A DNA stretch of 64,000 nt, from NCBI GenBank assembly GCA_964544495.1, contig CAZJBY010000005.1:11081-75080 (forward strand), given 5' to 3'. The position numbers were made by a program, and so were the translations under genes. Under the pieces are notes generated by a model, which was given only the letters and a program-made list of their open reading frames with translations, was not told the origin of the DNA and did not search any database. Each line of letters starts with the position of its first letter. Within the stretch, counting starts at the first letter, position 1. The DNA is from an uncultured Candidatus Bathyarchaeia archaeon. GTDB lineage: Archaea; Thermoproteota; Bathyarchaeia; Bathyarchaeales; Bathycorpusculaceae. Of the stretch, positions 56,417 to 64,000 are shown piece by piece.

Positions 56417-57682
56417 TCAGTCTAGCTGGTATGCTTCTTCTCCGTGCTCGCTGAGGTCCAGACCCGCATCTTCTGCTTGAGGGCTCACTCTGAGAGGCGA
56501 GAACACGTTGACCAGCTTCAACAGCAGGTATGAACCAAAGAACGCGAAAGGCGCTACCACTGCAACCGCCAACAACTGCGAGACCAGTTGACCCGCGTTT
56601 CCGAAGAACAAACCGTTCACGCCGTTAACAGTTGCTGTTGCAAATAAGCCCGTTGCTATGGAGCCCCAGATTCCGCCGACGCCGTGGCATGCAAAGACAT
56701 CCAGCGAATCGTCTACTCTCCATCTGCCTGCTCTCCAGTTGGCAACCAAGTTCGAGATTACTCCTGCGGCTAAACCTATGATTAACGCTGAAGTCACGGT
56801 GACGTAGCCTGCGGCGGGGGTTATGGCGACCAGCCCCACGACTGCACCGACCGATATGCCGACTGCCGACGGCTTGCCCTTTATCGCCCAGTCTAGAAGC
56901 ATCCAGCTTACTGCGGCGGCAGCGGCGGCTAAGTTCGTGGTGACCAGAGCTGAGACTGCGAGGTCGTTTGCTGCGAGAGCGCTTCCTCCGTTGAATCCGA
57001 ACCATCCGAACCAAAGTAAGCCTGCGCCGAGTATTACGTAGGGTATGTTGGTGGGCTTGAACTGGCTGGCGCTTTCTTTCTTGGCTGCTTGCATGTGCTC
57101 TTTCCATGGGATACCGCAGCCTTTTCTTCTGCCCACGACGAGAGCTGCTGCGAGGGCGGATAAACCTGCTGAGATGTGGACGACGATGCCTCCTGCAAAG
57201 TCGATTGCGCCCAAGTCGTGTAGCCACCCGTCGGGGTTCCAGACCCAGTGAGCTATAGGCGCGTAGATAAGCACAGACCAGAGAACGATAAAGATGAGGA
57301 GCGAGCGGAACTTGACTCTTTCTGCGCATGCGCCTATGATTAAAGCTGGGGTGATGGCTGCGAATTTCAGTTGGAACGCGAAGAACAGCAGTTCAGGAAT
57401 TTCAGGTGCGAGGGCTTGGTTGACGCTGTGTATGCCGATGTTGTTCAATCCAACATACGACAGGTCGCCTATTACTCCGTTTACGCTTGGTCCAAAAACG
57501 AGGCTGTAGCCGAGGATTGCCCATATTATGCTTACGACGGCGAATATGATTAGGCACTGAACTATGGTGGATACGAGGTTTTTCTTTCGCACCAAGCCTC
57601 CGTAGAAGAAGCCCAGTGCAGGGGTCATCAACATTACCAACGCGGTTGCGGTCATTAACCATGATAAGTCTCCTGAAGCCAT
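56417..57682 (-). CDS. amt: ammonium transporter (Amt family)
   Basis: SWLMTATALVMLMTPALGFFYGGLVRKKN...DFAGGIVVHISAG...DDSLDVFACHGVGGIWG. The ORF is open to 57787. Confidence 0.9.
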   Translation of the reverse strand: MASGDLSWLMTATALVMLMTPALGFFYGGLVRKKNLVSTIVQCLIIFAVVSIIWAILGYSLVFGPSVNGVIGDLSYVGLNNIGIHSVNQALAPEIPELLFFAFQLKFAAITPALIIGACAERVKFRSLLIFIVLWSVLIYAPIAHWVWNPDGWLHDLGAIDFAGGIVVHISAGLSALAAALVVGRRKGCGIPWKEHMQAAKKESASQFKPTNIPYVILGAGLLWFGWFGFNGGSALAANDLAVSALVTTNLAAAAAAVSWMLLDWAIKGKPSAVGISVGAVVGLVAITPAAGYVTVTSALIIGLAAGVISNLVANWRAGRWRVDDSLDVFACHGVGGIWGSIATGLFATATVNGVNGLFFGNAGQLVSQLLAVAVVAPFAFFGSYLLLKLVNVFSPLRVSPQAEDAGLDLSEHGEEAYQLD

Positions 57683-57935
57683 GTTTCCAATCCTCTTTTG
57701 ACACGTGTATTGAATGTTTCTCTTTTTCTGTGCATTTATTACAAACAAGTATTTAAAACTATCCGTTTGGAGATCAAAACCATTCAAAACTAAACAACAG
57801 CATAAGAAACAAACCGAAAAGAAACAATTCCTTCAATTTTCCTCCCCCAAACAACATTTTACTGAAAAAACGTTCAAAACAGAACCGCCAAGCTTACAAT
57901 AGACACGCACTACACGCGAGAATTAACCAACCATA

Positions 57936-58002
57936 TTTGCCGTCAATTAGGCTCCTAATAGAAATACGATGCAGAAGCCCATAGGGAATCTACCCAATGG
58001 CG
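57936..58002 (-). repeat. partial copy of the conserved non-coding module, between the surface operon and amt
   Basis: TTTGCCGTCAATTAGGCTCCTAATAG...ATGCAGAAGCCCATAGGGAATCTACCCAATGGCG aligns with 34210-34277 and 60634-60699. Confidence 0.5.
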
Positions 58003-58055
58003 CCTCTTTCAGAACCTAAACCCTTCACAGAAACAAAATCACGACCAAGCTCTTT

Positions 58056-58967
58056 TCATGTTAGGCTTCTCTTTTTCCTGGCTCTCACAAAATAAGCTGC
58101 CAGACCAAAGAAAACCAAGGCGGTTGAGGTGATTACGGCGACAGCGACCGTTGAAGTTGGGAAAAGTGTTGAAGCCTGCTTCGTCTCAGATGACGCTTCC
58201 TGGGCTATGGTGAAGCTGAAGGGTTCGGACGCGCCTCTGTTTCCAACCGCGTCTTCCGCGTAAACGGTTAAGCTGTGCTCGCCAGCAGGCAAGCCGTTCA
58301 GCACCAGTTGGTAGTTGACTGCGCCAAACCGTTCGGTTGACGCAACTTGGTCGGTGGCGGTGACTATGTTGTTTCCGTCTAGGCTGTAACCCAGCCACGC
58401 AACAGGCTCGTTCACCGTGAAGTTCAAAGGCACATCCGACGCCTCAAACGTTTCTTGGCTTGTTAGAACACGAATGCTTGGAAGGCTAGTGTCAACAGTG
58501 AAAGAGGCAGTCTCAGAACCACTCAAGTATTCGTCAAGTCTGTACATTTCACGGTAACCCCCGTTTCCGTCTCCCATTCTGAAGATTTGGAAACAATGAA
58601 CACTCATCCATATCTTGATGCTGTGCTCTCCATCTGATAGCCCGGTTAAAGCAACCGAGTAGCTTTTGGGCAGGTCTTCCCCAGCATGCTGCCCCACCAG
58701 CTTTCCGTCTAACCAGTACTGAACCGACAACACCTTACCGCAAAACCATGGATTAATGGGTTGGGCATTAGAATACCCTATGGTAGCGTAAAACTGTAGG
58801 GGAATTTCGCCCGTGTTGTACACCATATTTTTTATGGGGGACTGCACCTTGATAACAACCGTTTCGGGGTCAGGCATTATCGGATTTGCAGACACACTGT
58901 CGATAAATGTTACCGCCAATACTGAAATCAGCAACGCCAAGCTCAAAGCTACGAGGGCTCGTTTCAT
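58056..58967 (-). CDS. surface-protein family paralog
   Basis: Signal peptide ...SVSANP, GYSLDGNNIV...GEHSLTVYAEDAVGN, LFPT-TM-AYFVRARKKRSLT. Confidence 0.75.
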   Translation of the reverse strand: MKRALVALSLALLISVLAVTFIDSVSANPIMPDPETVVIKVQSPIKNMVYNTGEIPLQFYATIGYSNAQPINPWFCGKVLSVQYWLDGKLVGQHAGEDLPKSYSVALTGLSDGEHSIKIWMSVHCFQIFRMGDGNGGYREMYRLDEYLSGSETASFTVDTSLPSIRVLTSQETFEASDVPLNFTVNEPVAWLGYSLDGNNIVTATDQVASTERFGAVNYQLVLNGLPAGEHSLTVYAEDAVGNRGASEPFSFTIAQEASSETKQASTLFPTSTVAVAVITSTALVFFGLAAYFVRARKKRSLT

Positions 58968-59647
58968 GCTGGGCTTCTCCTTTTGCGCCTTAGAAAGTAA
59001 GCCACCAAACCAAAAGAGACCACAGAGACCGAGGCGACTATGGTAGTATCGATCAACAGAGTCGGGAAATGCGTTATTGCTTGTGTTGCAGGCTGAGCTA
59101 AGGTCGTAAACGTGAATGTTGAACTGACAGAAACGTTATTCCAGAGATTGAGATGGCGACAATATAGAGTGTAGGCTTCAACGTTAACCGTCAGGGTGTG
59201 AGAGCCTGAAGGCAAGGAACCAACATTCTTGCTGTAGGTAAATACTCTGGAATAGGTGTCTTTAAGTACTTCCAACCCTTGGCGTCCGTACACAGTGCTA
59301 TTCCGTAGGATTTGGGTTTGGTCAAGAGTACAAGTGACCGATTTAATTTGGCCTACGAACACGGACCATTTGCTTGTAAATGAGTATACGTTGGCGGTGG
59401 AGGTCCATTTCCATGTTTCAGGCATGAACACTCTGAAACCTATGCTTGTTTCATTCTGGGTTGGTATTCCGTCCACAGGTGAAATCAAAGTTACGGTGGG
59501 CAGGTCGGTTACAGGCTGCGTCTCAAAACCATCGAAGAGATACGAGTACGCCACATTCGGATTTGCTTGCACCAGTTTTGCGAAGCTTAATCCAGCGATC
59601 AACGCTAAAAATAGCAGCACCAAAACAACCGCAAAAATTCTCTTCAT
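58964..59647 (-). CDS. surface-protein family paralog
   Basis: Signal peptide ...LVQANP, GSHTLTVNVE, HFPT-TM-AYFLRRKRRSPA. ATGA overlaps. Confidence 0.7.
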   Translation of the reverse strand: MKRIFAVVLVLLFLALIAGLSFAKLVQANPNVAYSYLFDGFETQPVTDLPTVTLISPVDGIPTQNETSIGFRVFMPETWKWTSTANVYSFTSKWSVFVGQIKSVTCTLDQTQILRNSTVYGRQGLEVLKDTYSRVFTYSKNVGSLPSGSHTLTVNVEAYTLYCRHLNLWNNVSVSSTFTFTTLAQPATQAITHFPTLLIDTTIVASVSVVSFGLVAYFLRRKRRSPA

Positions 59648-60474
59648 TTTGTCCTCCTCTTTTTTCGATTTTGGAAGTAAGCTACTAGTCCAAAGGAGAT
59701 GGCTGCAACTGAAGCTACAACGGAAGAGGCGATCAACGTGGCTGGGAAAGGTGCCGGTTGAGATTCTGTTGGCTGGGTCGCCTGTTGCGTTTCTACTTTG
59801 AACGTGATTGGTTTGGATGTTCCTGTGGAGCCTGTGGTGTCTTCCGCGTGGACTGTTATGGTGTGTGTTCCGTCTGGGATGCCGTAGAGGGTGGTGTTTC
59901 TGGTGATGGTGACGGGTGCTTGGTCGTCTAGGCTGTAGCTTAGCCAGTTGGTGGGTTCGGAGACGGAGAAGTTTAACTGGATCTTGGTTGTGTGGTAGGT
60001 TTCTGCTGGTTTGGGCTCCAGAACTGAGACGCGTGGCGCGGCGGCATTAACGGTGAAAACCACCTCGTTGGATCTGCCAGAGACCTCTATGGTATTGCTA
60101 TAACCCCAGAGGCGCAATACGTAAACAAGGTCAACTCTTATGCGCAACTTGTGAGTGCCCTCAGATAACTGCCTCGGCAAAGAAGCGAAGTACCTGCCAT
60201 CCAGAATGTAACTGCGATGTTCACTAACCAGCCATTTTGCATAAACTTGCGCCGTCTCGACTGTGATAAACACGGGAACCCTGCGGGTATTGTACATTTT
60301 GCTTTCTGGAAGCTGAATTGTGACTGATGGTGAAGGGATGTTTTGGTAGATGCCCATCGGATTCGCTGTTGCCAAATTAACGAGTAAGGCTCCAGCTAAC
60401 GCTGAGGCTAGTAGCGTTGAGATTAAAGTTGCCGTTACGGTTTTTCTCTTTATGCCTACACTTCCATAGAGCAT
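59644..60474 (-). CDS. surface-protein family paralog (first gene of the three-gene operon)
   Basis: The ORF is open to 60504. ATG 60474 follows AAGGAAG and restores the 66-nt operator spacing seen at the other loci. APFP-TM-AYFQNRKKRRTK. Confidence 0.75.
   Translation of the reverse strand: MLYGSVGIKRKTVTATLISTLLASALAGALLVNLATANPMGIYQNIPSPSVTIQLPESKMYNTRRVPVFITVETAQVYAKWLVSEHRSYILDGRYFASLPRQLSEGTHKLRIRVDLVYVLRLWGYSNTIEVSGRSNEVVFTVNAAAPRVSVLEPKPAETYHTTKIQLNFSVSEPTNWLSYSLDDQAPVTITRNTTLYGIPDGTHTITVHAEDTTGSTGTSKPITFKVETQQATQPTESQPAPFPATLIASSVVASVAAISFGLVAYFQNRKKRRTK
59764..60069. repeat. 306-bp perfect direct repeat, partner of 32607-32912
   Basis: Identical sequence, verified by eye. Confidence 0.9.
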
Positions 60475-60540
60475 CTTCCTTAATGCTCCTGCGCTTATGC
60501 GCATTTTAAACTAAGTTTTTCTGTGTGTTATAGGCTTTTT

Positions 60541-60581
60541 TGTCAAGGTTTCTTGACCTGGCTTAGTCAAGGTTTCTTGAC
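60541..60581 (-). promoter_or_regulatory. dual-palindrome operator, copy 4
   Basis: TGTCAAGGTTTCTTGACCTGGCTTAGTCAAGGTTTCTTGAC. CCTATAACACACAG lies between it and the gene. Confidence 0.7.
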
Positions 60582-60618
60582 TAACTTTTTCTGAACATGG
60601 AACAAGGCGTGAACACAT

Positions 60619-60744
60619 AAAAAACCATCCTGTTTGCCGCATACACTTCCTAATAGCAGTTTATTGCAGAAAATAGAGGGGAGAGGTCCCGTATTGGCTG
60701 TTTCCGCAACCAATAGCAGTGCTTCGCCGAAACCATGCAGTTCA
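60619..60744 (-). ncRNA. conserved non-coding module (candidate sRNA or leader), full copy
   Basis: Bracketed by the TATA-like GTATATATA (60745-60753) and a T6 run (60619-60624, - strand). Homologous to 34196-34333. Confidence 0.35.
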
Positions 60745-60777
60745 GTATATATACGGGGGGTATAGACTGCACCGAGC
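60745..60777 (-). repeat. G6-TATAGAC cassette, copy 6 (subtype B)
   Basis: The + strand reads GTATATATACGGGGGGTATAGACTGCACCGAGC. Confidence 0.75.
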
Positions 60778-60835
60778 AACAGAGAACACGAATACTTTTC
60801 TAAAACCTCCACCCTACTAGTTTCAGGCGAAAACT

Positions 60836-61381
60836 GTGACGCTGGATCACTACACTTACCCGAAAGAAATTGTGATAGACGAAGCTGGATGGAGCGAACT
60901 GCTGCTAGGCGTAGTAATCGGCGCCATCAAACCCCCAGACCCACGATACATGGAACGCAGAATCCCCATATCCTCCTTTCAACCGCCAAACTTCACCAAA
61001 AAAAGATACCTCGACGACGCCGTAAAAATCGCCGAAGAAATCATCGAAGTCATGCAGCCCGACGACGAAACCCACTTCAAAATCTCCTCCGCATACGTCC
61101 TCTCCAGCGTACGCAGATACCTCCAAAACCGAGGATTCAAAGTCGAAAAAGTCGACGCCACAGGCGAACTCCAACAGATGGCGGAAAGAGGCTACACAAG
61201 ATGGTGCACCGAAGTAGGCGTGCCAGCCGAGCTGCTTGAAAACAAAAGACGCTTCTGGGTACTGCTTAATTGGGTCGCTGAAAGACCCCACCTGAGGGAA
61301 AGCCTAGTGAAAACTGGATGGGCAAGCTGGCAGCGAAAATGGCGAGAAGAAATCTACAAACCTCAAAACCTGCAAGGCTAA
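60836..61381 (+). CDS. hypothetical protein
   Basis: 181-aa ORF with coding-like composition, a GTG start and no recognised motif. Confidence 0.5.
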   Translation: MTLDHYTYPKEIVIDEAGWSELLLGVVIGAIKPPDPRYMERRIPISSFQPPNFTKKRYLDDAVKIAEEIIEVMQPDDETHFKISSAYVLSSVRRYLQNRGFKVEKVDATGELQQMAERGYTRWCTEVGVPAELLENKRRFWVLLNWVAERPHLRESLVKTGWASWQRKWREEIYKPQNLQG

Positions 61382-61398
61382 ACCGATGCTTGCGCGTT

Positions 61399-62094
61399 TC
61401 ACTCAAGTATCATTCGCGCGTCCACTGTTTTTGCGCCCTTTTCGTAAGCCATCACTGGATTTAGGTCCAGCTCCTTAATTTCCGGGTAATCCATCACCAG
61501 TTTCGAAGTGCTCAAAAGAACACTCACAATAGCGTCTATGTCTGCCGCTGGCGTGTTCCTGTAGCCCTTCAAAAGCGGATAAGCCTTAACTCCCCTTATC
61601 ATCTCTTCAGCATCTTCATGAGTTATCGGCGCAACCCTGAAAGCCACATCTTTCAGAAGCTCAACGAAAATGCCACCTAGCCCAAACATCAAAGTCTGCC
61701 CAAACTGTGGATCTTTAATCGCGCCTACGATAACCTCGGTTGACTGAGGTGCCATCTCCTGCACCAAAACGCCCACGATTTGCGCTTTAGCATTGTATTT
61801 CTTGGCGTTCTCCAGGATTTTGCCGTAAGCGCTTCGAACTTCCGCAACGTTTTTTAGGTCTACCTTTACGCCTCCAGCATCAGATTTATGGATGATGTCG
61901 GGTGAAACGATTTTCAAAACTACGGGAAACCCTATCTGCTCAGCAAACCCAACGGCTTCCTTCTCGTTTTTCGCCAGCTTAAACATGGTAACTGGGATGG
62001 CATACTCCATGCAGATGGCTTTCGCTTCCGTTTCCAAAAGCGCTTTTCTGCCTTCACGGCGAACGTGGGAAATAATTTCTGAAGTTTTATTCAA
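61399..62094 (-). CDS. acdB: ADP-forming acetyl-CoA synthetase beta subunit (ATP-grasp)
   Basis: 231 aa. LLETEAKAI...GFPVVLKIVSPDIIHKSDAGGVKVDL. Confidence 0.75.
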   Translation of the reverse strand: MNKTSEIISHVRREGRKALLETEAKAICMEYAIPVTMFKLAKNEKEAVGFAEQIGFPVVLKIVSPDIIHKSDAGGVKVDLKNVAEVRSAYGKILENAKKYNAKAQIVGVLVQEMAPQSTEVIVGAIKDPQFGQTLMFGLGGIFVELLKDVAFRVAPITHEDAEEMIRGVKAYPLLKGYRNTPAADIDAIVSVLLSTSKLVMDYPEIKELDLNPVMAYEKGAKTVDARMILE

Positions 62095-62179
62095 GTCTCA
62101 ACAACTTCCAAGAATCATGTTGAGTAAGACACGCATCAGGTTTAAAATCGTTTTGCAACACTGAAACGTGCTGATGCTC

Positions 62180-63148
62180 CTAGCTCAGTTCCTGCAACGC
62201 CCGCAAGCGCTTAACAATGTTCGGATGAGTTGAAAGTGCTTCAACAAGCTTATCCGCGAAAGTCAGCTTCCGCGAGATTATCTCATCCACCATCTTCTGA
62301 TCACCCTGCAGGTTCACAGCAGCTAACTCTGCTGAATCAGCGCTTGCCCTGTCAGGATCAGAAATGAACAACGCCTTGAAAGCGCTCGAGTTTGGCTTTT
62401 TCTGGCGAGCTTTGTGAGCATCATTAACCTTCCGAGTCGCGTTAACAATCTTCGCCAACCCCGTAGAGAGCTTCTGCGCGCCATTATCCACCACAGAAAC
62501 GCTGTGCCTATCCGCATAATACTCCCGCAGCCTGCTCAAGTAAAGAGTAAACAAGTTCAGCACCCAAGAGAAAATCATAAAACCTATGCCAATAATCGCG
62601 GCTCCACCGCTATCGTCTCTGCGCCCACGGTACATGCCTGAAAGCATAAGCGAAAATCCAATGTAATAAAAGAGCGCTGGCAAGAAAGAAACCACCATCA
62701 TAACCTGCACGTCCCTGTGCCTTAAGTGACCAAGTTCATGCCCTAGGACAGCTTCAACCTCGCTTTCATCCAACGACTTCAAAAGTCCCTCAGTGACCGC
62801 CACGCAGTTACCCGTTAAGGGTGAGCCGTACGCGAACGCGTTCGGGATTGGAAGCTTGGATAGCATGAGTTTTGGCTTGGAGATTTGGCTTTTTTTGCTG
62901 AGATGGTTAACCATTTGGTGCAGTTGTGGGTTTTCGTTTTCTGGCAGTTCGCGAACCTTGTACATGGCACCAATGAGGTACGGCGATATGAGCCATTGGA
63001 TGATGTTGAAGGACACGACAACAATGGCCAGCGTTAATATGTCGAATACTCCTGCTAGGCTCATGATTACCGTGAACACTAACGTGGATAAGCCGAAGAT
63101 TAGGGCTAAGGTTCCAGCCATAGAAAGCCGAAGTTTCCATGCGTTCAT
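62180..63148 (-). CDS. htpX: M48-family zinc metalloprotease HtpX homolog
   Basis: HELGHLRH (HExxH), TM helices flanking the catalytic domain, THPNIVKRL. Confidence 0.85.
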   Translation of the reverse strand: MNAWKLRLSMAGTLALIFGLSTLVFTVIMSLAGVFDILTLAIVVVSFNIIQWLISPYLIGAMYKVRELPENENPQLHQMVNHLSKKSQISKPKLMLSKLPIPNAFAYGSPLTGNCVAVTEGLLKSLDESEVEAVLGHELGHLRHRDVQVMMVVSFLPALFYYIGFSLMLSGMYRGRRDDSGGAAIIGIGFMIFSWVLNLFTLYLSRLREYYADRHSVSVVDNGAQKLSTGLAKIVNATRKVNDAHKARQKKPNSSAFKALFISDPDRASADSAELAAVNLQGDQKMVDEIISRKLTFADKLVEALSTHPNIVKRLRALQELS

Positions 63149-63243
63149 TTTCTTTCTAAAGGTTGCATGATTCAGGGCGTCTTATAAATTTTGCGTTATA
63201 ACTTTCAATATAACAAAACATCGTTTTGACAGGAAACAAGGTC

Positions 63244-64000
63244 ATGTTTTGCACAAGCTTTTCTGTCTTCCACACCGCGAACCATCCTTTAGGCGCATCC
63301 ACATCGAATTCGAGCCGCTTAAATACCAACCTCACGCTATATCTCCTAGCTACAAACGGAGAACTATGGCTGTTGACTGACAAACACGAATGGCAGCACA
63401 TCCAGACGCTTCTTAAACTCGCGGAAATGGGTGCCCACAGGCGAACCACCAAAATCTCAACCGAATATTTAGCTGAGAAACTGGGAATTTCCCAGCAGAC
63501 CGCATCCCGACACTTAATAGAGCTGGAACGTAAACGGTGGATTCAGAGAACAATAACGCCTGAAGGCAGCCTGATAAAAATCGCTGATGCAGGCATGAAA
63601 GAGATTCAGAAGCTGCATTCGAAATTGCGGTTTTTGATCGAAGCAGCTTATCCGCCGTCAGTTACTCTTGAAGGAACGGTTTTTACAGGTTTAGGCGAAG
63701 GCGCTTATTACATCGCAAAAGAGGTTTATAGGAAACAGTTCATTGAGAAACTGGGCTTTGCCCCTTACCCTGGCACGCTCAACCTCAAGCTTACAACAGA
63801 CTATGACCTTAAAACGCGCACGGAACTGGAAACGTACCCAGCCATCGAGATTGAGGGCTTCAAAAACGAAGATCGAACTTTTGGGCTGGTTAAGTGTTAC
63901 CCTGCCACCATGGATAACAAGGTTAAAGGCGCTTTGATATTCGCTTTGCGTAGTCACTATGACGTCTCAGTCTTAGAGGTGATAGCTCCTGTTTGCCTGA
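63244..64000 (+). CDS. ribK: CTP-dependent riboflavin kinase with an N-terminal HTH domain (3' end outside window)
   Basis: Frame 1 is open to the window end. ISTEYLAEKLGISQQTASRHLIELE is the HTH. GTVFTGLGEGAYYI...GFAPYPGTLNLKL is the archaeal RibK core. The start is uncertain (ATG 63244 or TTG 63373). Confidence 0.75.
   Translation, partial: MFCTSFSVFHTANHPLGASTSNSSRLNTNLTLYLLATNGELWLLTDKHEWQHIQTLLKLAEMGAHRRTTKISTEYLAEKLGISQQTASRHLIELERKRWIQRTITPEGSLIKIADAGMKEIQKLHSKLRFLIEAAYPPSVTLEGTVFTGLGEGAYYIAKEVYRKQFIEKLGFAPYPGTLNLKLTTDYDLKTRTELETYPAIEIEGFKNEDRTFGLVKCYPATMDNKVKGALIFALRSHYDVSVLEVIAPVCL

Noticed and set aside
56625-57329. A 234-aa R-rich - strand ORF inside amt.
   Set aside because: It is an alternative frame of the ammonium transporter gene. 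Its arginine- and serine-rich composition is typical of an out-of-frame reading.
1-64000. Search for mobile elements, integrases, rRNA, CRISPR-cas and toxin-antitoxin or known defence modules.
   Set aside because: No transposase or integrase-like ORFs, terminal inverted repeats with target duplications, rRNA-like sequence or cas-like genes were recognised. The short dUTPase-fold gene at 37861-38304 looks like a housekeeping dcd/dut type rather than a defence deaminase.

Overview
This is an archaeal chromosomal segment. The evidence is eS4, eL32, eL19, Rpp29, a DUF106/cmk tail after secY, CTP-type riboflavin kinase, ATP-dependent DNA ligase and a tRNA-Lys. The backbone is housekeeping: valS, nadX, the hypFCD and hypE maturation genes, a long ribosomal-protein operon running L22 to L30 and then L15-secY, lig, amt, htpX and acdB. 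No rRNA, CRISPR array, transposase or integrase was seen. The unusual content is a dispersed family of nine paralogous surface proteins at four loci (11.3-12.2 kb, 29.4-34.1 kb, 45.2-46.1 kb, 58.1-60.5 kb). Each has a signal peptide, Ig-like/Kelch ectodomains rich in N-glycosylation sequons, and a C-terminal FP-motif/TM/basic-tail anchor. Every locus is preceded by the same 41-bp dual-palindrome element at a fixed 64-67 nt from the start codon. Two loci also carry a conserved upstream non-coding module of about 115-140 nt bracketed by a TATA box and an oligo-T run, which makes it a candidate sRNA or leader. A separate G6-TATAGAC intergenic cassette recurs six times, mostly 15-17 nt after stop codons. 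The paralogs share perfectly identical tracts of 361 bp (inverted) and 306 bp (direct), which suggests gene conversion. One four-gene surface cluster plus an hsp20-like gene splits the normally contiguous L30-L15-secY operon. Several genes are frameshifted: an A7 tract in one surface gene, a split PepSY/peptidase-like gene, and a GT-B glycosyltransferase with two shifts. Several ribosomal proteins carry long charged low-complexity tails. All functional calls rest on motif recognition by eye. No database searches were run.
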